Source of the DNA: Bacillales bacterium
GTDB taxonomy: Bacteria > Bacillota_I > Bacilli_A > Izemoplasmatales > UBA1188
NCBI GenBank assembly: GCA_020633845.1
Contig: JACKCW010000001.1
Coordinates: forward strand, 206,250 to 270,249
Length of the DNA: 64,000 bases
Direction: 5' to 3'
Shown in pieces: positions 11,011 through 18,564 of the stretch. Positions within the stretch are counted from its first letter, which is position 1; each line of letters opens with the position of its first letter. Below the pieces are notes generated by a model that made no database searches, had not been told where the DNA came from, and saw only the letters and a list, made by a program, of their open reading frames with translations. A program made the position numbers and the translations under genes.

Positions 11011-11086
11011 ATATGCATATTTTATCATAGTAGCGAACTTAAAGACAAAAATATGCAAATGCGTTATAATGTATAAAGGTGATTTT

Positions 11087-11650
11087 ATGGACGTAATATT
11101 AGCATCTTCTTCTAAAAGAAGAATAGAATTTATGAATGAACTTGGCTTTCCTTTTCGGGTAGTTCCGTCTAATGTGGCCGAGTTTGTCGAATCTTACAAA
11201 TCTAATGAGGACTTAGTGATGCAGCTGGCTAAAATAAAAGCTCTTAGCGTTTTTAGCTTAAATCCCTCATCGCTCGTTCTTGGTTTTGATACTCTGGTTT
11301 TTCTTGACGGGGTGCCTCTCGGGAAGCCGCAAAATGAAGAAGAATGCATTAAAATGATTGCATCGCTTTCCGGTAAGTGCCACACAGTAGTAACCGGAGC
11401 TTATTTTGTCTCCCATGACTATACGGATAATTTCTCATCTTCGTGTAAAGTATATATGAGCGAAATACCTAAAGAGGCGATTATAGAATACTCGAAAACC
11501 GAAGAACCATACGACAAAGCCGGCGGTTATGCGGTTCAAGGTTTCATCGGCCGTTTTATCGAAAGAGTAGAAGGAGACGTTTTCTCAGTCATCGGTTTTC
11601 CGAAACAGTTAGTCTATAAAAAGCTCTCCCTTTATATGAAAAAGCATTGA
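11087..11650 (+). CDS. maf: Maf-family nucleoside triphosphate pyrophosphatase
   Basis: MDVILASSSKRR... and DKAGGYAVQG motifs. The ORF-track start at 10967 over-extends into the tilS region. Confidence 0.9.
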   Translation: MDVILASSSKRRIEFMNELGFPFRVVPSNVAEFVESYKSNEDLVMQLAKIKALSVFSLNPSSLVLGFDTLVFLDGVPLGKPQNEEECIKMIASLSGKCHTVVTGAYFVSHDYTDNFSSSCKVYMSEIPKEAIIEYSKTEEPYDKAGGYAVQGFIGRFIERVEGDVFSVIGFPKQLVYKKLSLYMKKH

Positions 11651-11683
11651 AGTATGTTATACTTCAAGAGGTGCTAATAGGTT

Positions 11684-12832
11684 ATGATTCTAGAATATAC
11701 GATCGTTAGCCTTCTCGGGCTTTCGTCAATATTAAGTTTAATTTTAAGAAGAAACAAAGTCGGTCTCGCCAAAATGATTGTCGGGATTCTTTTCACGCTC
11801 GTTTATCTCGTCTTTATTTTATCGGACGGCTTTGATGCGTATGTTTCTATCTATGAAATTATCGCTCTTTTCTATACATCATTTCTCCTTATCACTTTAC
11901 TGCCAAAAAAGATAACTAAAAACTTAACCGAGTATGATTATTTTGAACTTGAAAAAGCCTACCAAGAAACAAGGGGCGATCATGAAAGACTAAGGCAGAG
12001 ATTCCTTTCAACTATCTCTTTAATTGATGAAGGCATCGTCTTTTATGAAGATTCCTGCAAAGAAGTAATTTTATCGGATAAAGCTTCGGAAATATTCGGG
12101 GGCGAGGAAAGACTATCTCTTGAGGAACACGCTAAACTGATTCTTTCATCTGACAGAAGTGAATATTTAAAAGCGATTGATAGAGCTTCAAAAAGAGTTC
12201 CGACTTTTGAGGTTAAATACAGAATTGAAAGAAAAGACAAAACCTTCTGGGTAATTGAAAGAGGTCACTTCTTGGATGTGGACGGGAAAAAGAGTTGTAT
12301 ATCAGTGGTGAAACCTCTCGATCTTTCGATTTTTAAAGAGACCTCTTATTTTGATATTGATTCTTTATATTTAGAAGAGAAACTATATCCGGCGCTTAAA
12401 ATGCTGCTGAATCTTCACAAACCATTTTCGTTTGTTTATTTTGAACTGACCAACGTGCCGGAAATCAATGCTAAATACGGAAGAGCCGTCGGAAATCTGA
12501 TGATGAACGACTATATCAAATATATCAAAAACAATTATGCATCCGATATCAGCCGCATCTTTAGAATATCCGGCATCAGATTTGCGATGATAATTGATGA
12601 GGATAAAATATATCAGGATTTTCATAAATCCCTTTTATCTTCGGGCTCTATGCTTTATAGCATTAAAATCGAAGTAGCGGGGATTAAGGATATTGTGAAA
12701 CCTAACTTCGGTATCGTAAATTATTCGGGTTCTAAAAGCATTCAGTCGGAAGATGTTGTAAAGATAGCGGAAAAATCTTTAGAAGAAGCGATAAGTTCAA
12801 CGAGAAGAAATTATTCCATTTTTGGAGAATAG
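11684..12832 (+). CDS. membrane sensor with PAS-like region and degenerate GGDEF-like domain
   Basis: Three N-terminal TM helices. The C-terminal region aligns by eye to the GGDEF fold (FELTNVPEINAKYGRAVGN ... RISGIRFAMII), but SGIRF replaces GG(D/E)EF. Confidence 0.6.
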   Translation: MILEYTIVSLLGLSSILSLILRRNKVGLAKMIVGILFTLVYLVFILSDGFDAYVSIYEIIALFYTSFLLITLLPKKITKNLTEYDYFELEKAYQETRGDHERLRQRFLSTISLIDEGIVFYEDSCKEVILSDKASEIFGGEERLSLEEHAKLILSSDRSEYLKAIDRASKRVPTFEVKYRIERKDKTFWVIERGHFLDVDGKKSCISVVKPLDLSIFKETSYFDIDSLYLEEKLYPALKMLLNLHKPFSFVYFELTNVPEINAKYGRAVGNLMMNDYIKYIKNNYASDISRIFRISGIRFAMIIDEDKIYQDFHKSLLSSGSMLYSIKIEVAGIKDIVKPNFGIVNYSGSKSIQSEDVVKIAEKSLEEAISSTRRNYSIFGE

Positions 12833-12842
12833 AGGTACATAT

Positions 12843-13511
12843 ATGAAATATGATTGCATTCTGCTAGCCGCAGGAGAAGGACAAAGAGCCGCTCTTGGCT
12901 ACAACAAGGCCTTGTATAAAATCAACGGCCAGAAAGAACTGGTTTTGTATAGTCTTGAATATTTTCTTAAGGATCCTTTTTGTAGCAAAATAATTTTAGT
13001 GATCAGCGAAACCGACAAAAATTATTTTAAAAACCTGATTCAAGATCCTAAAGTAGAATTTACGATTGGCGGCAGTATGAGAGGTGACTCAGTGGCGGCC
13101 GGTCTTTTAAAGGCGACAGCCGAGTATGTGATAATTCACGACTCCGCAAGACCTCTCGTCTATAAAGAAGATGTGTATAATGTGCTAAACGCGGCAGAAG
13201 AAACCGGAGGCGCAACGCTGGCGGCCAAGGTTTATAACACCACTTGTCACATTGAAAACGGCTATGTTTCTGAGTATTTTTCAAGACACACTCTCGCAAG
13301 TTTAATTACGCCTCAGTGTTTTAACAAGAAAAAACTAGAAGCCGCATATCAAAAAGCGGCGGAAGCCGGAGAGAATTTTACCGACGATTCCGGGATATTT
13401 AAGGCTTGCGGCAACGCAGTAAAACTGGTCTTTACTGACAATATCTCGATTAAAGCAACGACTCCTTACGACATTAGACTTTTGGAGGACCTCCTTTATG
13501 CGCATCGGTAA
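12843..13511 (+). CDS. ispD: 2-C-methyl-D-erythritol 4-phosphate cytidylyltransferase
   Basis: ILLAAGEGQR motif and IHDSARP. ATG at 12843 preceded by GGAGAATAGAGG. Confidence 0.9.
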   Translation: MKYDCILLAAGEGQRAALGYNKALYKINGQKELVLYSLEYFLKDPFCSKIILVISETDKNYFKNLIQDPKVEFTIGGSMRGDSVAAGLLKATAEYVIIHDSARPLVYKEDVYNVLNAAEETGGATLAAKVYNTTCHIENGYVSEYFSRHTLASLITPQCFNKKKLEAAYQKAAEAGENFTDDSGIFKACGNAVKLVFTDNISIKATTPYDIRLLEDLLYAHR

Positions 13512-13998
13512 TTCGGTTGATTTTCATCCGTTTAGCGAAGACAGACTTTTAATTTTAGGCGGAGTTACTATTCCTTATTCTAAAGGTTTAATGGGAGTAT
13601 CCGATGCGGACGTGGTTCTTCACGCGATAGCAGAGGCTATTTTAGGGGCCTTAGCGCTTGGAGATCTCGGCTGTTTCTTTAAGGAAGAAGACTCCAAAGA
13701 TTTAGATTCCAAAATAATTTTAAGAAAAGTAAAAGATATGATGGATAACGCATCTTATAAAATTGGGAATATCGATGTGATGATTCTATTAGAAGAACCG
13801 AAAATCGAAGTTTATATTCCCATGATGAAAGAGTTAATCGCGACGATTCTTGATACTGAATTTCAAAGAATATCAATTAAAGCGACAACGATGGAAGGAT
13901 GCGGTATAATTGGTAAGGGCGAAGGATGTATGGCTCTCGCCACCGTTCTTTTAGATGAGGTAGTGTATTATGGTAGAAACAGCAAATGGCATGTTTGA
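13498..13998 (+). CDS. ispF: 2-C-methyl-D-erythritol 2,4-cyclodiphosphate synthase
   Basis: MRIGNSVDFHPF..., SDADVVLHA and ATTMEG motifs. Overlaps the ispD stop. Confidence 0.9.
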   Translation: MRIGNSVDFHPFSEDRLLILGGVTIPYSKGLMGVSDADVVLHAIAEAILGALALGDLGCFFKEEDSKDLDSKIILRKVKDMMDNASYKIGNIDVMILLEEPKIEVYIPMMKELIATILDTEFQRISIKATTMEGCGIIGKGEGCMALATVLLDEVVYYGRNSKWHV

Positions 13999-14245
13999 AA
14001 TCGTAAAAGACGAAAATAATTGTTTCGTCATTGCGGATTTCGATGCCAGATATGTTGAGCTCTTCGGTAAATATGAATTTATTGTCGGAGATTACTCGCA
14101 AAATATTTTAAGATTAAAAGGGTTTAATAAAGAGGATGCAAAAAGCATCCCGGACTATGTGAACGAATACTGCAGTATTGACTGTCAGTATTATGTTCTT
14201 AGAAACCCGAATTTTAACAAGCATTTAGTTATTCCGGAGGATTAA
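13991..14245 (+). CDS. YutD-like small protein (DUF1027)
   Basis: GDYSQNILRLKGF and EYCSIDCQYYVL resemble B. subtilis YutD as I remember it. Confidence 0.6.
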   Translation: MFEIVKDENNCFVIADFDARYVELFGKYEFIVGDYSQNILRLKGFNKEDAKSIPDYVNEYCSIDCQYYVLRNPNFNKHLVIPED

Positions 14246-14247
14246 TA

Positions 14248-14538
14248 ATGGATGAATATAGTAATAGTATCGAAATGGAAATCATTGAGATAATCGATAA
14301 AATCCGCCCCTTTATACAAAGAGATGGCGGCGATGTTAAACTCGTTAAATACGAAAACGGTATCGTTTACGTTAAATTATATGGCGCTTGCGTGGGGTGC
14401 GTTGCGCTCGATCAAACGCTTAAAGACGGAATCGAATCAATTTTAAAAGAAGAAATACCGGAAGTGGTTAAAGTCGTTGATGTTGATAACGACGATTTTA
14501 ATCCGGAAGATCCATATAAAGATATTGAAATTAATTAA
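14248..14538 (+). CDS. NifU-like (Nfu-type) Fe-S cluster scaffold/carrier domain protein
   Basis: GGDVKLV...[11 protein letters not shown] with a CxxC motif; 96 aa. Confidence 0.8.
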   Translation: MDEYSNSIEMEIIEIIDKIRPFIQRDGGDVKLVKYENGIVYVKLYGACVGCVALDQTLKDGIESILKEEIPEVVKVVDVDNDDFNPEDPYKDIEIN

Positions 14539-14549
14539 GAGGAAAAACC

Positions 14550-15833
14550 ATGATTAAAGTCAACGCGGAATCAATTGAAAAATTTCTTAAAGAAGATGAG
14601 ATTAACAAGATTAGAGAATCGCTTGATAAGGCGGTTATTACTTTAGAATCTAAAGAGGGGGAAGGCTCTGACTTTTTAGGCTGGGTTGACTACCCAATTA
14701 CTTATGATAAGAATGAACTTAAAAGAATTAAAGAGGCGGCTCTCACAATTAATAGACACTCGGAGTGTTTAGTTGTAATAGGAATCGGCGGCAGTTATTT
14801 AGGCGCCAAAGCCGCCATCTCCGCTCTTTCTCCTTATTTTACTAAAGAAGGCGTCGAGATAATCTTTGCGGGCAACTCTATTTCTTCTACGTATCTTTCT
14901 GAGCTTAGAGATTATCTCTTCGATAAAGATTTCAGCGTTAACGTTATTTCCAAAAGCGGAACTACAACCGAACCGGCTTTAACTTACAGAGTTCTTTTTG
15001 AACTACTAAAGAAAAGATATATGAAGGAAGAATTTAAGGAACACATCTTCTTTACGACTGATAAAGAAAAAGGCGCCTTAAGAGAAATCGGGCTTAAGGA
15101 AGGCTATGAGATGTTTACCGTCCCTTCCGATATGGGTGGCAGATATTCAGTGTTATCCGCCGTCGGACTTCTCCCGATAGCCTCAGCCGGTATCGACATT
15201 GATAAGATGTTGGAAGGCGCAAGAGACGCCTTTAAAGATTTAAAGGAAAAACAAAACCCGGCTTATGATTATGCGCTTGTAAGAAACGCTCTTTATAAGA
15301 AAGGCTATAAAATAGAAATAATGGAATCTTATGAACCTAAACTTTCTTTCATCTCCGAATGGTGGAAACAACTATTCGGTGAAAGTGAAGGTAAAGATCA
15401 TAAAGGCATCTTCCCAGCATCTTGCACCTTCACAACCGATCTTCATTCAATGGGTCAATATATTCAAGAAGGCGAAAGACATCTCTTTGAAACGAGACTT
15501 CATATTGAAGAAGTTAAAGCCGACCTCGATATTCCGTTTGATAAAGATAATCTAGACGGTCTTAACTATCTAGCCGGCAAATCGGTTGACTATGTAAATA
15601 AGACCGCCGAAGAGGCAACCGCTAAAGCTCACATAGACGGTGGTGTACCCGAAATCAAAATCTCAATTCCTAAAGTTGATGCGTATAACCTAGGGTATTT
15701 ATTCTATTTCTTTGAAAAAGCCTGCGCTTTATCCGGATACACGCTTGATGTTAATCCGTTTAACCAACCGGGGGTTGAAGCTTATAAAAAGAATATGTTT
15801 GTGCTTCTAAAGAAACCGGGATACGAAGAATAA
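14550..15833 (+). CDS. pgi: glucose-6-phosphate isomerase
   Basis: 427 aa, Gram-positive-type short PGI. Motifs [23 protein letters not shown] and ESEGK. Confidence 0.95.
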   Translation: MIKVNAESIEKFLKEDEINKIRESLDKAVITLESKEGEGSDFLGWVDYPITYDKNELKRIKEAALTINRHSECLVVIGIGGSYLGAKAAISALSPYFTKEGVEIIFAGNSISSTYLSELRDYLFDKDFSVNVISKSGTTTEPALTYRVLFELLKKRYMKEEFKEHIFFTTDKEKGALREIGLKEGYEMFTVPSDMGGRYSVLSAVGLLPIASAGIDIDKMLEGARDAFKDLKEKQNPAYDYALVRNALYKKGYKIEIMESYEPKLSFISEWWKQLFGESEGKDHKGIFPASCTFTTDLHSMGQYIQEGERHLFETRLHIEEVKADLDIPFDKDNLDGLNYLAGKSVDYVNKTAEEATAKAHIDGGVPEIKISIPKVDAYNLGYLFYFFEKACALSGYTLDVNPFNQPGVEAYKKNMFVLLKKPGYEE

Positions 15834-15848
15834 ATATTAACGTCAAAT

Positions 15849-15880
15849 AAAACGCGAGAGGCCATCCCGCGTTTTATTTT
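15849..15880 (+). terminator. intrinsic terminator of pgi
   Basis: aaaacgcg...cgcgtttt hairpin followed by a T-run. Confidence 0.8.
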
Positions 15881-15916
15881 TCTTTTTTTCTCTATTTGAC
15901 ATATAACTAAAAGAGA

Positions 15917-15944
15917 AAGAGCGCCACTTAATGCGCTCTTTTTT
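15917..15944. terminator. orphan terminator-like hairpin
   Basis: aagagcgc-cacttaat-gcgctctt followed by TTTT. No gene ends here. Confidence 0.55.
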
Positions 15945-16005
15945 AATCATTTATACTATCTTTTTGCCCAGACTTTAGCCTTTACTCAAAATATATATCA
16001 TAAAT

Positions 16006-16028
16006 AACCCAAATTATTTTGGGTTTTT
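16006..16028. terminator. orphan terminator-like hairpin
   Basis: aacccaaa-ttat-tttgggtt followed by TTT. No gene ends here. Confidence 0.5.
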
Positions 16029-16077
16029 AGCCCATGTTGAAATTTTGCTTCAGCCCTGAGTATTATTATTTACGCAG

Positions 16078-16317
16078 GTGACAATGGAAATGTATTCCGA
16101 CAAATATGGCAGGGCTTTTGAACGCTTGCTTACCTGTTACGATCTTATTGTAGTTCAAAAGAAGTCGCTGTCGAAGTCCTATCTCAGCGAACTTCTTAAT
16201 GTGTCGAAAAGAACTATCAATAACTACGTTTTCATTATCAATGCATTTTTAGCTGACAGCTATCAAATGAAAGAGGTTGTCAACAAAAACGGATTATACC
16301 GTTTAGAAGAATATTAA
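16078..16317 (+). CDS. small stand-alone winged-HTH protein (79 aa)
   Basis: SKSYLSELLNVSKRTINNYV looks like the N-terminal HTH of Mga/DeoR/HTH_11-type regulators. The true start may be the ATG at 16090, 9 nt after AGGTGA. A hairpin follows the stop. Confidence 0.6.
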   Translation: MTMEMYSDKYGRAFERLLTCYDLIVVQKKSLSKSYLSELLNVSKRTINNYVFIINAFLADSYQMKEVVNKNGLYRLEEY

Positions 16318-16323
16318 TATTTT

Positions 16324-16348
16324 AGGTCGCTTGAAGCGACCTTTGTTT
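16324..16348 (+). terminator. terminator-like hairpin after the HTH gene
   Basis: aggtcgc-ttgaa-gcgacct followed by TTTGTTT. Confidence 0.6.
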
Positions 16349-16380
16349 AATTTATAAAGCACTGTTTATCGGAGGAAGAA

Positions 16381-17805
16381 ATGAATAAAATAAAATCAGC
16401 ATTATATTTAATTTTTATATTAACTTGTGCTCTTGCATTATCAGCTTGTACAAGCAAAACACCAAAATATACCGGGATGACTGTTTCCGATTCTTTATCT
16501 GGAGCGCTCGAAACTTCATCAGAGTCTAGTTCAAAAATAAAAGGAATCAATAAGAATATTTTTGTGGCCGATGAAGAAACACCGACCGTCCCTGGTGACG
16601 ATAACCCAGACAACGATTTTGATGGAAATGCGACAGATGTTATAATTCCATCTATTTCGGTTGATACTACTGACGATGTTAGTTATTATGCAAATTTAAA
16701 TGAAGATATTTATATTACTGTTCACATAAATAACCCGGAGAACTATGTAATATTAAGATTTACTTTAAACGGAACCGTCTATCAATCTTATCAATTTGAG
16801 GACGGATCTGATTCAGAAAACCTGGTACTTAAAGTAAATTCAGGCAGTAACTGCGGCATAGCCGAATATACTATTGATTCCATTAAATATATTGATGATT
16901 CGGATAATGAGACTAAAGATGTTGATATGACCGACGGCAATCAAACAGTCAAAGTAGGAATAGAGTATGACCATGTTCCTTTTGTATCTGTTTCTGATAT
17001 AACAATTGGCACATCATCATTTTCGGCTTCGGTATTCGTTACTGATGTGTATGACATTGTTGATTATGAAAATAGTAAGATAAACCTGTATTTATATGAT
17101 GGTGAATCAGTTGTGAATACAATCGCTTTAGTTAAAGGTGAAAACACTATAAACATAGACAGTCTGGAAATGGGTAAAAAATATGAATATTGTATTATTT
17201 CTGTCTATGACAAACTAGACGGCAATGGTGAACAAAAAGTTGTCTTAAAGGACAACTATTTTACCACTTCTGATGCCTATAAACTTTTAGATGTGACATC
17301 CGATAAAACATCTATATCTTTTGACTATTCAAAAGAAGGAGATTTAGGAAGTCTTGTTTCAGTTTATCTTCTAAAAGATGGGGAAGTGGTACAAGAAATA
17401 GCAGACGATTCAAAAGTTTTTAATAGTCTTCTTTCCAATAATGAATATGAACTTAGACTTTATTATGATTATTCAATAGGAGAGACCTCATATACACAGT
17501 ATGTTTCGTGTGAAATATCAACTTTATCTAAGATAGCGCCGACTCTTTCCGTTTCAGTTTCCGATGAGACTCAGACTTCTTTTAAATACACAGTTTCAAG
17601 GACCGATCCCGACAGCATTCTTTCAATCTCGAAGATCGAGCTCTTACACGAGGGCGACGAAGCGGTGTCTCTAGACCAGTCGACTTCCCTCGTTTCCAGT
17701 CTCTTATCGAACAACTCCTACACAGTCAAGATAACCTATACTTACGATCTGAATGACGGCGAAGGAGTGCACACCGAGACTGAGACAATATCATCGACCA
17801 TCTAA
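16381..17805 (+). CDS. surface lipoprotein, N-terminal part of a split repeat-rich gene
   Basis: RBS GGAGGAAGAA, signal peptide and lipobox LSAC. Diverged ~90-aa beta-rich modules ending in (Y)DLNDG-type motifs. Ends at a TAA created where the repeat array becomes scrambled. Confidence 0.75.
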   Translation: MNKIKSALYLIFILTCALALSACTSKTPKYTGMTVSDSLSGALETSSESSSKIKGINKNIFVADEETPTVPGDDNPDNDFDGNATDVIIPSISVDTTDDVSYYANLNEDIYITVHINNPENYVILRFTLNGTVYQSYQFEDGSDSENLVLKVNSGSNCGIAEYTIDSIKYIDDSDNETKDVDMTDGNQTVKVGIEYDHVPFVSVSDITIGTSSFSASVFVTDVYDIVDYENSKINLYLYDGESVVNTIALVKGENTINIDSLEMGKKYEYCIISVYDKLDGNGEQKVVLKDNYFTTSDAYKLLDVTSDKTSISFDYSKEGDLGSLVSVYLLKDGEVVQEIADDSKVFNSLLSNNEYELRLYYDYSIGETSYTQYVSCEISTLSKIAPTLSVSVSDETQTSFKYTVSRTDPDSILSISKIELLHEGDEAVSLDQSTSLVSSLLSNNSYTVKITYTYDLNDGEGVHTETETISSTI

Positions 17806-18564
17806 GAGCCACTCTTTTTCCTCAGCTCTGAAGATAGCGCCGACTCTTTCCGTTTCATCAAGGACCGATCCGACAGCATTCTCAAATCCGATGAGACTCA
17901 GACTTCTCGTTTCAGTCTCTTATCGAACAAAATACGATCTGAATGACGGCGAAGGAGTGCACACCGAGACTGAGACAATATCATCGACCACTCTCAAGTC
18001 TCTAGACCAGTCGACTTCCTCGTTTCCAGTCTCTTATCGACCGAGACTGAGACAGCATTCTTTCAATCTCTAAGATCGACTCTTCCGTTTCCAGCTTCTT
18101 GAGACTCAAACCTCGTTTAACTATACGAGAACGACGAAGCATTCTTTCAATCTCTAGACCAGTCGACTTCCCTCGTTTCCAGTCTCTTATCGAACAACTC
18201 CTACACAGTCAAGATAACCTATACTTACGATCTGAATGACGGCGAAGGAGTGCACACCGAGACTGAGACAATATCATCGACCACTCTCTCTAAGATAGCG
18301 CCGACTCTTTCCGTTTCAGCTTCCGATGAGACTCAAACCTCGTTTAACTATACCGTTTCAAGAACCGACCCTGACAGCATTCTTTCAATCTCGAAGATCG
18401 AACTTCTACACGGAGAGGACGAAGCGGTGTCTCTAGACCAGTCGACTTCCCTCGTTTCCAGTCTTCTATCCAATAACCTATACACAGTCAAGATAACTTA
18501 TACTTACGATCTTAATGACGGCGAAGGAGTGCACACCGAGACTGAGACGGCATCATCGACCACT
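17524..18564 (+). repeat. array of 279-bp (93-codon) coding tandem repeats with a corrupted middle
   Basis: Unit A is 17524-17800 and unit B is 18286-18564 (6 aa differences in 93; DNA differences mostly third-position). 18153-18283 is identical by eye to 17670-17800. Confidence 0.9.
17801..18152 (+). other. mosaic of shuffled or deleted fragments of the 279-bp repeat unit
   Basis: Fragments of 10-63 bp each match parts of unit A or B, same orientation but out of order. See findings for coordinates. Confidence 0.85.

Noticed and set aside
17753-18073. ORF-track 106-aa ORF across the scrambled repeat region
   Set aside because: It is only an alternative-frame read-through of repeat fragments (S/R/L-rich). 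It has no RBS and lies inside the disrupted surface-protein gene.
17524-18564. Could the repeat region be a CRISPR array or a DGR template/variable repeat pair?
   Set aside because: The repeats are 279 bp, contiguous, in-frame coding sequence with no unique spacers. There are no cas genes and no reverse transcriptase in the window. Differences between the copies are ordinary, mostly synonymous substitutions rather than adenine-specific.
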